In this document: positions 54,358 to 64,000 of the stretch, piece by piece
How positions within the stretch are numbered: position 1 is the first letter of the stretch
Layout of the letters: the number at the start of each line of letters is the position of its first letter
Notes under the pieces: model-generated
What the model was told of the DNA's origin: nothing
Seen by the model: only the letters and a program-made list of their open reading frames with translations
Databases searched by the model: none
Made by a program: the position numbers and the translations under genes
NCBI GenBank assembly: GCA_963835065.1
Contig: CAWIEK010000045.1
Coordinates: 1 to 64,000, forward strand
Direction of reading: 5' to 3'
Length of the DNA stretch: 64,000 nucleotides
Source of the DNA: an uncultured Chthonomonadaceae bacterium
GTDB taxonomy: Bacteria > Armatimonadota > Chthonomonadetes > Chthonomonadales > Chthonomonadaceae

Positions 54358-55161
54358 ATGTATCGAACCACGCAACGAGGGTTTACGCTGATTGAACTGC
54401 TCGTCGTTATCGCCATTATCGCCATTCTGGCTGCGATTCTCTTTCCCGTCTTTGCGCAGGCCCGCGAGTCGGCGCGTGTGACAAGTTGCCTGTCCAATAC
54501 CAAGCAACTCGCTATAGGACAACTGATGTACGCTCAGGACTATGATGAAATTATCATGGCGAGTGTGATCGTTGACCGCAACGCGGTTCCCGTTGATGCC
54601 CAGATCGAGGGTCTCTGGACAACAACCATTCAACCCTATATCAAAAGCACTCAGGTTCTGTTTTGTCCTTCCTATAATGCTTCCAACACCGCGCGATCTC
54701 TGGATGCGGCGGATTGTCAGGGGAATGGTACGCCGGGCAGCTATAGTGCAAGCCGGATTCCACCGCTGACGACTTACGGCCCGAAACATGACGGTTTTCT
54801 GGCGAATTACGGTGTAGCCTTACGCTTTGTGGGGGGAAACTGCACCCAAAACAGTCCCCATGCCTATTATCCTGGTTCGAGTTTCAATTATCAGGAGTCG
54901 CTTGCCGCAGTTGTGTCGCCGGCTCGCACCGCCATCATTGGCGATGCGTACACTCTGATTTTCCATTCGAGCGCAAGTCCGGGTGGGTTGCGCGAATCCG
55001 CTGGTTTCGGCTGTGACGGGCAGTTCAGTCACAGGGACGGCGGTGGGAACTATAGCTTCCTGGACGGGCACTCCAAGTTTATTTCGAAGAATGCCGAGCG
55101 TCATATTCTACAGGACAGTCAGGGATGCTGGTTCGAGGAGTACTTCTCAGCAGATGAGTAG
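54358..55161 (+). CDS. Prepilin-type N-terminal cleavage/methylation protein with an H-X9-DG domain (DUF1559-like)
   Basis: [36 protein letters not shown] and [16 protein letters not shown]. Confidence 0.9.
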   Translation: MYRTTQRGFTLIELLVVIAIIAILAAILFPVFAQARESARVTSCLSNTKQLAIGQLMYAQDYDEIIMASVIVDRNAVPVDAQIEGLWTTTIQPYIKSTQVLFCPSYNASNTARSLDAADCQGNGTPGSYSASRIPPLTTYGPKHDGFLANYGVALRFVGGNCTQNSPHAYYPGSSFNYQESLAAVVSPARTAIIGDAYTLIFHSSASPGGLRESAGFGCDGQFSHRDGGGNYSFLDGHSKFISKNAERHILQDSQGCWFEEYFSADE

Positions 55162-55188
55162 GAAAAGCGAGAGGGAAGGAAAACCATC

Positions 55189-55368
55189 ATGCAAAAACAA
55201 GGACGCATTGTTACTCAAGCGCTTGCCATTCTGTTCGTCGGCATGATTGCCGTCACGACGGCAGGCTGTAGCCACAAGGAAGAAAAAACCGAAGCGGACT
55301 ACTACTCCGGCAAGGATTTTCAGCGCCCCAATACTGCCGCAAAAGAAGGAAAAAAGGAAGAACGATAA
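55189..55368 (+). CDS. Small lipoprotein (59 aa; absent from the ORF track)
   Basis: MQKQGRIVTQALAILFVGMIAVTTAGC lipobox; GAAGGA RBS; follows the prepilin gene. Confidence 0.7.
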   Translation: MQKQGRIVTQALAILFVGMIAVTTAGCSHKEEKTEADYYSGKDFQRPNTAAKEGKKEER

Positions 55369-55499
55369 ACATTATCTATCACCCAGGATGCTGTCTTACG
55401 CCGCCTTTGAGATCAGGTTGCCAATCAGAAAACCCTCTCAGCGATTATTGAGAAATCTTCTCACATTTTCATCCAAAATTAAGCAAAGGAAGGCGCGCA

Positions 55500-56783
55500 T
55501 TAGAGTTGACGCGCCAATTGATCCAGCTTTTTCTGTCGCGCAGGGAGGGGAGCCAGCATCAGCAGCGCCTGTGTTTCGTCGAGGTAACGCGCGGCGGCAC
55601 TCGTGTCTCCTGCCGCCAGGTACACCTCCGCCCATATCATCAGTTCATGGATGTGCCTGTCGCCCAAGGAAAAGGGAGGAAGCCACGCCAGCGCGTCGCC
55701 AGGCTTGCCGCTGCTCAAGAGGACGCGCGCTTTTGCAAGGCGAAAATGCCTGGCTTCTTTTTCATCTCTGTTACAACTGTCCGGCAAGCATTGCTCCGCC
55801 TGCCGGATGAAAGACGCCGCCTCGTCATGGCGATGGGCCTTGCCGGCGTACACGGCCATATCGCTCAAAAGGGAGGAGTGCAGCGCGGGAGGCAGCAGGC
55901 GCAGCCAGGGATACAGCAGTTTGACGCCATTCTCCGGGCCGCTTGCCCCGTTCGCGGCGTGTGAGGAGAGAATATTGAGCGCGGTTGAGCAGAATTGCGC
56001 CGGCGCAATTCCGCCCCGCGCCAGTTTCAGTACGCGCCAGCTTACCGCGCAGGCGTCGGCTGTGCGCCCATGCATACTCAGCCACCAGCCATGCTGTGAT
56101 TCCAACTCCGCCAGGAGCGGCAATGCCTCCTCCGATCCCTCCAACAGCAGTCGCAGTTGGCGTTTCAGCGCCAGGAAGTACAAATCCGCCAGGGGTAGGA
56201 GCGTGAAATTACCTTCATGAATCTGCATCAGGGTTTCATATTGCTGCCAACACTCTTCCAGCGTCAGGTGAGGCGGCCATTGCGGGAGAGATAGACGCCC
56301 GGATTGTAAAATAGCCTGTTCCTGCGGCGAAGCGCGAAGGGCGCAGCACAAACGCGCCATATCCTCGTGGGAAGGGAGCGTTCTCGTGGCCTCCCAACGG
56401 ATAATTGTCGCTCGATTAACTCCCATTTCAACGGCAAGCTGCTCCTGCGTCGAGCCGTGCCGCGTTCGCATGGCGCGAAGCAAGTCGCCGATACCTGGCA
56501 TCGGCCCCAGCAGGGGTGTTGCATTGTTGCCCGTTCCCCCGCTGCCGAAAGTCGCGTGGAGACTGCGCCGGCCAGGCAGCAGCACATAAATTTGCGCTCG
56601 CTCCTTTGGCGTCGCTTCCAGCGCGGCCAGGACGTTTTCCAGTTCTATCGCGCGGGGCTGCTGCTGATCGGCCTCCCAGTAGCGCAGCGTCCGCGCGGTT
56701 ATTTGCGCGGACGCCGCCAGCCGTTCCTGCGATAACCCCCGTTTCCGGCGCAACTCGCGCAGGGCTTCCCCCAAACGATACAT
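55500..56783 (-). CDS. Tandem XRE HTH regulator with a helical TPR-like C-terminus
   Basis: LRELRRKRGLSQERLA...YWE and MRTRHGSTQEQLA...RWE. Confidence 0.85.
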   Translation of the reverse strand: MYRLGEALRELRRKRGLSQERLAASAQITARTLRYWEADQQQPRAIELENVLAALEATPKERAQIYVLLPGRRSLHATFGSGGTGNNATPLLGPMPGIGDLLRAMRTRHGSTQEQLAVEMGVNRATIIRWEATRTLPSHEDMARLCCALRASPQEQAILQSGRLSLPQWPPHLTLEECWQQYETLMQIHEGNFTLLPLADLYFLALKRQLRLLLEGSEEALPLLAELESQHGWWLSMHGRTADACAVSWRVLKLARGGIAPAQFCSTALNILSSHAANGASGPENGVKLLYPWLRLLPPALHSSLLSDMAVYAGKAHRHDEAASFIRQAEQCLPDSCNRDEKEARHFRLAKARVLLSSGKPGDALAWLPPFSLGDRHIHELMIWAEVYLAAGDTSAAARYLDETQALLMLAPLPARQKKLDQLARQL

Positions 56784-57079
56784 TTCACAACCCCTCCCCA
56801 AAGTTATATTGAATCATTATTCTCCTGCCCGCTTTATTCCTGCTCAACGCCGTCGCCCTGCACCGGAATAAAACCTGTAACATCGGAATATCACCTGTAA
56901 CATTTGCGGGTTTGGCACGAAAGTTGCAGGGATATAGATGAGGACGCCTATTTCATCCAAAAAGGTGGTTTAGGCTGAAATTCACCCTTGTTTTCGGGCA
57001 TCCGATTCCCGCGCAAGCGCTGCAACCGGCGTGTGCTTCTGCCTGAAACTTCTCACCACGACACGAAAGGAACACGCGC

Positions 57080-58147
57080 TTGAAACCCAATATCTTCACT
57101 CGCGCGCTGGGAGTGGCCGCCATGACTGCCGGGGTATTTACCCCGACTGCCAACGCCAACGCGCAGTATGCCTACGTGGCCGACTACAATGGCGGCCAGA
57201 TACTTCGGTATGACGCCACAACCGGCGCTCCGGTCAGCCCCAATCCCTACATCCCCGGTATCGGCGGCGTCGAAGGCATGGGAGGTCGCGATAACATCCT
57301 CGCCGCCGCCACGCTCGGAGGCCCTATCCACTTCATTGATGTCAGCGCCCCCACTCCCACGCTGATCCATACCCTCTTTACGCCGATCAACCCGCTGCGA
57401 ATAAACTTCTCCCTCGATGGAAGCAAATTCTACGTCGCGGGCAACAACGAGGTACTGGTCTACGACTATAAGGCGGTCATCAACTCGCCCACGAACACAG
57501 CCATAGCGCCGCTCAATTCCATTATTGACGTAGGCCATAGCGACTGGGGCGTTGCTGTCAACCCGCTCACCAATGAGGTCTACCATACCACCGGATGGTT
57601 CGGCGGCCCTGCCGGCGTCATCAAGACCGATCCGTTGCTCAACTCTCCCGTCACAGTCGTCGCAGCAGGCGCGAATGGCATCACCGGGCTGGCGGGCATT
57701 ACCTTTGCCAAAAATGGGCAGTCCTTTTACGTCGTCAACGGCGGGCTGACCAATCAAACTTCCAACGATTTTATCCAGCACTACAAGTCCGACGGGACTT
57801 TCATAGACACCCTGGATTTGACGGGACTGCCCGCCCACGCCCTCGATCTCGCGCTTGACGCCGAAATCGGACCCGATGGCAATCTGTATGTTACCTCCTT
57901 TACCAGCGGCACAAATCCCGCCAGTGGTTCCGTGCTGGAATTCAATACCACCACGGACAGTTACATGGGCTATTTCGTCGCGCCCGGTTCCGGCGGGTTG
58001 CTGTCGGCGAAGACGATTCACTTCACTTCCAATAACATCAACACCGCCGTCCCCGAACCCGGCAGCCTGGCATTGTTCCTCGGCATGGGCGTGACGGGAT
58101 GCTGTTTCTTGGCCCGCCGCAAAGTTCGCGCCCGTCAGGCCATCTGA
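57080..58147 (+). CDS. PEP-CTERM surface protein (beta-propeller-like)
   Basis: Signal peptide; IGPDGNLYV; VPEPGSLAL...RRK sorting signal. Confidence 0.85.
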   Translation: MKPNIFTRALGVAAMTAGVFTPTANANAQYAYVADYNGGQILRYDATTGAPVSPNPYIPGIGGVEGMGGRDNILAAATLGGPIHFIDVSAPTPTLIHTLFTPINPLRINFSLDGSKFYVAGNNEVLVYDYKAVINSPTNTAIAPLNSIIDVGHSDWGVAVNPLTNEVYHTTGWFGGPAGVIKTDPLLNSPVTVVAAGANGITGLAGITFAKNGQSFYVVNGGLTNQTSNDFIQHYKSDGTFIDTLDLTGLPAHALDLALDAEIGPDGNLYVTSFTSGTNPASGSVLEFNTTTDSYMGYFVAPGSGGLLSAKTIHFTSNNINTAVPEPGSLALFLGMGVTGCCFLARRKVRARQAI

Positions 58148-58309
58148 AAACTCTTGTATTCTCCGGCATTTTCACCGGAATAATATCAGTCACATTGCCC
58201 GAATAGCATGAATTATGCAACAATCGTTTACGACCACGCAGTTCATCCGTAAGCAGGAATGATTTTCTGAGCTCATACCCGCCTGCGATGGCATAACCCC
58301 TGGCTGAAT

Positions 58310-59020
58310 ATGACAAAGGAGCAAATGATCTTGAAAACGGGAATTTTATCCATGCTGATGCTAAGCGCGCTTATGGGCGCGTGTACTGTTGCCGCGCATG
58401 CCCAATCGGTTGACACGGTTGATTGGGCAACAGATGTTACCCCGGATGGCACGGGAACAGGAACCCTCGCCGGGGGCGCAATCACCGTCACCTATTCCAC
58501 GATTCCGGCGGCGGGCAATGCCGGAATTACCATCGCGGATAACTGGAACGTTTCCCTGGCTACGAATGGCGCAGTCGGAACCGGCGTCACGCACCAGAGC
58601 GGTGGTGTCTTCGGGACGCTCACGGGCAGCTTTGTCCAGGCGGTTCAGTTCAGCGCCAGCGTCATGAACCCGATTCTGTACGTCAACTTCTCAGACGCGA
58701 CCACGACGATGGATTTCGGCGCGCAAACGCTGACATTCCTCGACAGCAACAACGCGCAGTTGGCAGGCAACATCGTTTCGTTTGTCGGTTCGAGCAACGG
58801 CTTCAATGACGGCTTCGCCGCGCAGATCAACGGCACGTTCGGGCCGGGGGTCCCGATCCAGTTTACGTACTTCAGCAATGGTTCCGTATCGGGCTTCGAC
58901 TCTGTCGGCTTCACGGTAGGCGTTGCCCCGGCGGCCGTTCCCGAACCCGGCAGCATCGCCTTATTCGCCGGTCTTCTCACGGTTGGCGGAATGTTCGCGC
59001 GCCGCCGCGCCCGCAAGTAA
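58310..59020 (+). CDS. PEP-CTERM surface protein
   Basis: Signal peptide; VPEPGSIALFAGLLTVGGMFARRRARK. Confidence 0.88.
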   Translation: MTKEQMILKTGILSMLMLSALMGACTVAAHAQSVDTVDWATDVTPDGTGTGTLAGGAITVTYSTIPAAGNAGITIADNWNVSLATNGAVGTGVTHQSGGVFGTLTGSFVQAVQFSASVMNPILYVNFSDATTTMDFGAQTLTFLDSNNAQLAGNIVSFVGSSNGFNDGFAAQINGTFGPGVPIQFTYFSNGSVSGFDSVGFTVGVAPAAVPEPGSIALFAGLLTVGGMFARRRARK

Positions 59021-59119
59021 TCTCCATTTGCCGGAGATAGTTCCGTTCTTGCTCACGGCGCGGCGGCAGACTCTTGCCTTACCAACGCCCTTGCGATTGC
59101 GGCGCTGTCCTAACCTCAC

Positions 59120-59151
59120 AAAGCCCTCTCCACGATGCTGGAGAGGGCTTT
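59120..59151. terminator. Hairpin terminator
   Basis: aaagccctctcca / tggagagggcttt; duplicated at 61510-61545. Confidence 0.7.
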
Positions 59152-59177
59152 CATGCGCTGCCTTAAAATCAAGGGGA

Positions 59178-60470
59178 TTAGAGTTGCCGCGCCAATTGAT
59201 CCAGCGTTTTCTGGCGGGCAGGCAAGGGAGCCAGAGTCAGCAGCGCCTGTGATTCGTTCAGACAGCGCGCGGCGGCGTCCTTCTCCCCAGCGGCCAGATA
59301 CATCTCCGCCCATATCATCAGTTCATGGATATGTCCGTCGCCGGCGGCAACGGGCGGAAGCCAGTCTAATGCCTCAAGCGCCTTGCCGTGGAGCAAAAGA
59401 ACGCGCGCTTTCGTCATGTGAAAATAGTCTCTGTTTATTTTACTTTCCTGGCCCCGGCTATGCAAAGACCGCTCCGCCTGCTGAAGAAACGAGGCGGCTT
59501 CCTCCTGGCGGCGTGCCATGCCCGCATACAGGGCCATATCGCATAGAAGGCAGATGTGCAGCGCAGGAGAAAGCAGGCGCAGCCAGGGATACAGCAGCTT
59601 GACGCCATTTTCCGGCCCGCCGGCGCCACTCATGGCATGGGCGGAAAGGATGTTGAGAGCGTCCACAAAAAAATAATCCGGGGCTGTCGCGCCCCGCGTC
59701 AGGTTCAGCGCGCGCCAGTTCCCCGCGCAGGCCTCGGCTTTGCGCCCTTGCATAAACAGCCACCAGCCATGCAGCGCCTCCACTTTCGCTAACAACGACA
59801 AAGCCTCGGAAGACTGGCTTAACAGCGGACGCAACTGAAGCTTCAAGGCCAGCGCGTACAAATCCATCAGGGGAAGAAGCGCGAAGTCACCCTTGCGTAT
59901 CTGCATCAGGGTTTCATACTGTTGGCGACACTCCTCCAGCGTCAATTGCGGCGGCCAATGTGAAGGAGAGAGACGCCCCGACTGCAAGGCCGCCAGCTCA
60001 TGCGGCAAAGCGCCAAGCACACCGCACAAACGCGCGCTATCGTCTTCGGAAGGAACCGTCCGCGTGGATTCCCATCGAAATATGGTTGACCGGTTGATAC
60101 GCATCTCATCAGCAAATTGCTCCTGTGTCCAGCCGCGCCGCATACGCATAGTCCGTATCATATCCCCTGAGCCGGGGAGTGGGCCGAGCAAACTTGCCGG
60201 AATATTCCGTGTTCCCTCGCCTTGCTGCACGAGAGGATTTCGACGACGATCCGGCAATAGCGCGTAGATTTCCACCCGCTCTGACGGGGTCGCTTCCAGC
60301 GCTTTTAGTACATTTTCCAACTCCACGAGGCGTGGCATCTGATAGTTATCAGACTCCCAGTAACGCAGCGTCCGGGGCGTAATCCGCGCCTGTATCGCCA
60401 CTTGTTCCTGCGACATACCCCGCTTCAGGCGCAAAGCGCGTAAACTATGTCCCAAACGATACACCGCCAC
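59178..60470 (-). CDS. Tandem XRE HTH regulator with a TPR-like C-terminus (paralog of 55500-56783)
   Basis: Shares GPENGVKLLYPWLRLL, HIHELMIWAE and LDQLARQL with the paralog. Confidence 0.85.
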   Translation of the reverse strand: MAVYRLGHSLRALRLKRGMSQEQVAIQARITPRTLRYWESDNYQMPRLVELENVLKALEATPSERVEIYALLPDRRRNPLVQQGEGTRNIPASLLGPLPGSGDMIRTMRMRRGWTQEQFADEMRINRSTIFRWESTRTVPSEDDSARLCGVLGALPHELAALQSGRLSPSHWPPQLTLEECRQQYETLMQIRKGDFALLPLMDLYALALKLQLRPLLSQSSEALSLLAKVEALHGWWLFMQGRKAEACAGNWRALNLTRGATAPDYFFVDALNILSAHAMSGAGGPENGVKLLYPWLRLLSPALHICLLCDMALYAGMARRQEEAASFLQQAERSLHSRGQESKINRDYFHMTKARVLLLHGKALEALDWLPPVAAGDGHIHELMIWAEMYLAAGEKDAAARCLNESQALLTLAPLPARQKTLDQLARQL

Positions 60471-60726
60471 ATACCTCCTTTGGTTTAGTTATATACCGTT
60501 CATTCTGCATGTATACGCCTGACTCCTGCTTGGTCCATTTCTTGTGTTTACCGGAAATATACCTGCAACATCGCTTTAATGGGCATGGAATATGCAATAC
60601 CTTATTCTTGAGGCCCTCGCGCTTGTACCGGGAACGCGCCTTGTATCCGGCATAGTATATTCAACGCGCCCGCTCTTACAACAGCGCGCCTTTCGCTCCT
60701 GCCGTTCTTGAAAGGAACACGCATTT

Positions 60727-61413
60727 ATGTACCTCCGACATGCTCTTCGCAGCGCTATTGCCATTGCTGCTTTCACCGCTCTCGCCATTGCCCAACCCGC
60801 TCATGCACAGCAGATTGACACTATAGATTTCACACCTGATAGTGTGGCTGATGGAACGGGAACCGGTACGCTTGCCAATGGCACAATTGCCGTCACCTAC
60901 ACAACACAATCCAACGCCGGGTTTACTCTCGGCATCAACTGGAACGCTTCGCTTGCTACCAATGATGCGGTCGGAACGGGTGCCACCCACCTCATCGCAG
61001 GCGCCTTCGCCGCCGATAATCTCACGGCGGCGACACAAACCGTCACGTTCGATTCTGCCGTGACCAATCCGATTGTGTATGTGGTCTTCGCGGATCCCAG
61101 TACCAGCCTAACTTTCGCTTCCCCCCTGACGCTGCTGGACAGCAACAACGCGCAACTGTCAGGCGGCAGCCTCGTCAGTTTCGTCGGCGCAACAAACACG
61201 CCTGATGATGGGTTCGCGGCGCAAGTCAATGGAACGTTCGGCCCCGGCAATCCACTGACATTCCTTTACAGCAATCAATCCGGGGGCACACAGTCTTTCT
61301 CCCTGACTGTCGGCCTCAATCCCGCCGCCGTTCCCGAACCCGGCAGCATCGCCTTATTCGCCGGTCTTCTCACGGTTGGCGGAATGTTCGCGCGTCGCCG
61401 CGCCCGCAAGTAA
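60727..61413 (+). CDS. PEP-CTERM surface protein (paralog of 58310-59020)
   Basis: DGTGTGTLA, LDSNNAQL, DGFAAQ and an identical VPEP tail. Confidence 0.88.
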   Translation: MYLRHALRSAIAIAAFTALAIAQPAHAQQIDTIDFTPDSVADGTGTGTLANGTIAVTYTTQSNAGFTLGINWNASLATNDAVGTGATHLIAGAFAADNLTAATQTVTFDSAVTNPIVYVVFADPSTSLTFASPLTLLDSNNAQLSGGSLVSFVGATNTPDDGFAAQVNGTFGPGNPLTFLYSNQSGGTQSFSLTVGLNPAAVPEPGSIALFAGLLTVGGMFARRRARK

Positions 61414-61509
61414 TCTCCACTTGCGGGAGAGGGTTCCGTTCTCGCTTGCGGCGTTGCGGCAGCCTCTTGCCCTACTAACGCCTTACGATTGCGGCACTGT
61501 CCTAACCTC

Positions 61510-61545
61510 AGAAAGCCCTCTCCACCATAGTGGAGAGGGCTTTCT
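61510..61545. terminator. Hairpin terminator
   Basis: agaaagccctctccac / gtggagagggctttct. Confidence 0.7.
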
Positions 61546-61752
61546 GAGTTTCCATGAAAATTAAGAGTATTAGAGCGGTCGCGTTCGTTGTTCCTGATGT
61601 TGTGGCGGGGAACAGCGCGTCGTATACTGCCCTTCGACGCCGGGTATACGAACCTTTACCATTTTCCTTTTCCCCTTGCAGCGCGGGCAAACTGCCCGTC
61701 GGCGCGTGAGGTATACTGTATTACCCCCAGTTTTCACGGAGGAACCCGTCTC

Positions 61753-62349
61753 GTGGCCTACAACAAGTTTACAATGGCGCAGTTGCGAAAAGAGTATCAG
61801 TTGGAAGATACGGCGCAGGCCGCGCTTTTTGCCGCCGCGCCGCCTGCGGTCATTTCCGATTGGCTGCGCGAAACGCTGGCGAAACAAACCGAAACCGCTC
61901 TGCGCAGCGGTTCGGAGAAAGCCCGCGCCGAGTACATCATTGCGCCCATTTTACAGGAGATTTATGATCAATCCTGTGATCGCGCCAATCTGTTCTCCGG
62001 TATCGAATTCAATGTAGACAAGAAGCGTGGGCTTGCTGGTTTCTGCGATTTCCTGTTTACCCTCGCACCGCGCAAGATAACGATACAGGCTCCTATCATC
62101 TCCGTTGTGGAAGCAAAAAAGGAGGACATACCTTCAGGGATACCGCAATGTTTTGCAGAACTTATCGCCGCGCAGATATTTAATGCGGCGGAGGAACACA
62201 GCATAGACACGCTTTACGGCATTATCACAACCGGCGAAATCTGGAAATTCTTGCGTCTTCGGGGAACGGAGGCTACCATAGACACCGACGACTACTTCCT
62301 CAACCAACCGGAAAAGATTGTCGGCATCGTCCTTGCCATGCTGCGCTGA
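61753..62349 (+). CDS. Hypothetical protein with a PD-(D/E)xK restriction-endonuclease-like fold
   Basis: SEKARAE, GFCDF, VVEAKK, QCFAEL and YGIITTGEIWKF; GGAGG RBS before the GTG. Confidence 0.75.
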   Translation: MAYNKFTMAQLRKEYQLEDTAQAALFAAAPPAVISDWLRETLAKQTETALRSGSEKARAEYIIAPILQEIYDQSCDRANLFSGIEFNVDKKRGLAGFCDFLFTLAPRKITIQAPIISVVEAKKEDIPSGIPQCFAELIAAQIFNAAEEHSIDTLYGIITTGEIWKFLRLRGTEATIDTDDYFLNQPEKIVGIVLAMLR

Positions 62350-62398
62350 AAGCGCTCTGACATCCTAATCGCGCTTTCAAGCGAATAGTCAATCCTAC

Positions 62399-62432
62399 AG
62401 TCCGCCCGATTATGTTGGGGCGGACTTTTTTG
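62399..62432 (+). terminator. Rho-independent terminator
   Basis: agtccgccc / gggcggact hairpin followed by a T tract. Confidence 0.65.
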
Positions 62433-62541
62433 TTTTGGCAGAAATCAGCGGTCACACAGGCAGGAGACGCGGCCATGCAGCGCGAACAAGCGTGTATCAC
62501 AATTTCGCGTATCACAATTTCTGACAGGGGAGGAAACACGC

Positions 62542-63336
62542 TTGGAAGCTGAAACACTGAAAGAGCAATTGGAACAGTTTCACCGGGAGGGCTTTCTGGT
62601 ACTGCCCGGCTTGCTGCCCAAAGAAGACGTCGCCGAATTGCGTATGGGCGTGGAAGCCGCGTTTGCCAAACCCAGCCCCGTTGCCGACGTATACGGCCCC
62701 TATCTGGCAAAGATTTGGCGTCCGCTGATGTTTGAACACGGCCCGGCCTTTGAACAACTGGTAGACCATCCCGCCATCATTGATCTTATCGAAGCGATTT
62801 TAGGCAAGGACTGCCATCTCATCGCCAACAGCGCCTTACGCACGGGCGCGGACGAAACCATTTCCGCATGGCACGTAGACGAGTGCGTCCGCTTTCCCCG
62901 CCCGGACGATGTGCCGCTCGACCCGCGCATCCCCATGCCCTGCTTCGTTATCAACCTCAACTACTACCTGTGCGACGTGGACGACGATCTCGGCCCCACC
63001 GAATTCATTCCCGGCAGCCACCGCGCCGGACGCTCGCCCCTGCCTTCCGACAAAGACGCCAATGGCAACCCGACGTATGAAGGCCGAACTGCCGTCAGTA
63101 CGCCCGGACCTGCCGGAACCGCCGTGCTGTGGAACGACCAGGCATGGCATCGGGGTGGCCTGAATAAGACGCCCGACCGCATCCGGTGGGTACAGCAAGC
63201 CCCTTACGCCAAACGCTTCATCGCGCAGCGCTTCTACCCGTTCCTCAACTACCAAATGCCTCCCGCCATTCTGGAACGCGCCAATCCCCGCCGCAAGCGC
63301 CTGCTCGGTCTTCACGCGCCGGGAGCGTTCGGATAA
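62542..63336 (+). CDS. Phytanoyl-CoA dioxygenase family protein
   Basis: FHREGFLV, WHVD, GPTEFIPGSH and WHRG. Confidence 0.9.
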   Translation: MEAETLKEQLEQFHREGFLVLPGLLPKEDVAELRMGVEAAFAKPSPVADVYGPYLAKIWRPLMFEHGPAFEQLVDHPAIIDLIEAILGKDCHLIANSALRTGADETISAWHVDECVRFPRPDDVPLDPRIPMPCFVINLNYYLCDVDDDLGPTEFIPGSHRAGRSPLPSDKDANGNPTYEGRTAVSTPGPAGTAVLWNDQAWHRGGLNKTPDRIRWVQQAPYAKRFIAQRFYPFLNYQMPPAILERANPRRKRLLGLHAPGAFG

Positions 63337-63386
63337 GGATCAAGGATGAATAAACATGGCAACTCTACCTTTCGTCTATCGGTTGC

Positions 63387-64000
63387 CTAATTCCTACTCT
63401 CCAGCCATTGGCTGATTGCAGCGCGGGCGCGGTCGGGGGCTTCGAGGTGGGAAGCGTCTATCACGGCAACCTGCGCGGACGGACCGGCAAGCTGCGCCAA
63501 GCCTTCCACGCGGGCAACGGGTATAAGAACGTCCTGACGGGCGGCAATGAACAGAGCGGGCAGGCTGCCGAGATGCTGCGCGGACGGGACGAGGCTTTCG
63601 ATTTCGGTTAGAAGCTGCACGGCGGGAGCGCCGGCAACGTAATCGCTGCGCTGCGTCAGCATGGCGCGGCCAATGGCTTCCATAAAACCGCGCGACGGCT
63701 CCAATCCCATGCAGATGCTCACTATCCCCGCCAAATGCGGCAAATTCGCGTTTGGCGGGTTTTGTTGTTCCTGCGCGGCTACCGCAAGCGAAGCCGCCGC
63801 GCCCATCGAATGGCCGACAAGCGCAATCTGTTCCGCCCGCGTATTCTGCCGCAGCCAATCCAGCGCGGCTTGCAGATTTTCCACAGCCTGACGCGCATGG
63901 CGCATTTCCCCGCCCGTCGCGCCCAACTTATGCCCCACAAAGTCAAACGTCAGCCCTTCGTACCCTTTTCCCGCCAGATAACTCGCCAGCAGGTCAAGGC
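63387..64000 (-). CDS. Alpha/beta hydrolase (5' end outside the window)
   Basis: FDFVGH...LVGHSMGA nucleophile elbow. Confidence 0.8.
   Translation of the reverse strand, partial: LDLLASYLAGKGYEGLTFDFVGHKLGATGGEMRHARQAVENLQAALDWLRQNTRAEQIALVGHSMGAAASLAVAAQEQQNPPNANLPHLAGIVSICMGLEPSRGFMEAIGRAMLTQRSDYVAGAPAVQLLTEIESLVPSAQHLGSLPALFIAARQDVLIPVARVEGLAQLAGPSAQVAVIDASHLEAPDRARAAISQWLESRN

Overview
GC-rich bacterial chromosomal window with about 55 CDS. The taxon is inferred to be Armatimonadota-like, from PEP-CTERM proteins, a prepilin/H-X9-DG protein and several similar MFS paralogs. Housekeeping and metabolic genes include rpiA, ispH, flhF, ftsH, tilS, an opp/dpp ABC operon, ruvB, an M16 peptidase pair and several transporters. 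Decayed accessory fragments are also present: a truncated P-loop ATPase, a HEPN-like ORF and an RHS remnant. The standout is a minus-strand operon at 48035-52650. It encodes a small C-terminal-Gly ubiquitin-like protein, a divergent Ro60/TROVE-like vWA protein, an unknown protein with a GICL motif, a ThiF/E1 enzyme and a DEDDh 3'-5' exonuclease. Three unannotated non-coding RNAs sit between these genes and share one scaffold (closing stem-CCYRAC-N5-AAGC-NUACAYAC-[cargo]-GCUUUY-N-RAACUU-closing stem). Each carries a different mimic of the translation machinery: a circularly permuted tRNA-Lys(CUU)-like fold, a tRNA-Ile(GAU)-like fold, and a 23S rRNA mimic combining the sarcin-ricin loop 12-mer with the L11-binding GTPase-associated centre. 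Other points: an ECF sigma factor coupled to an anti-sigma-zinc-finger/MFS fusion, duplicated XRE-regulator/PEP-CTERM modules with a shared upstream motif, and many heptamer tandem repeats that invade coding sequences. All family calls come from motif recognition by eye; no searches were run.
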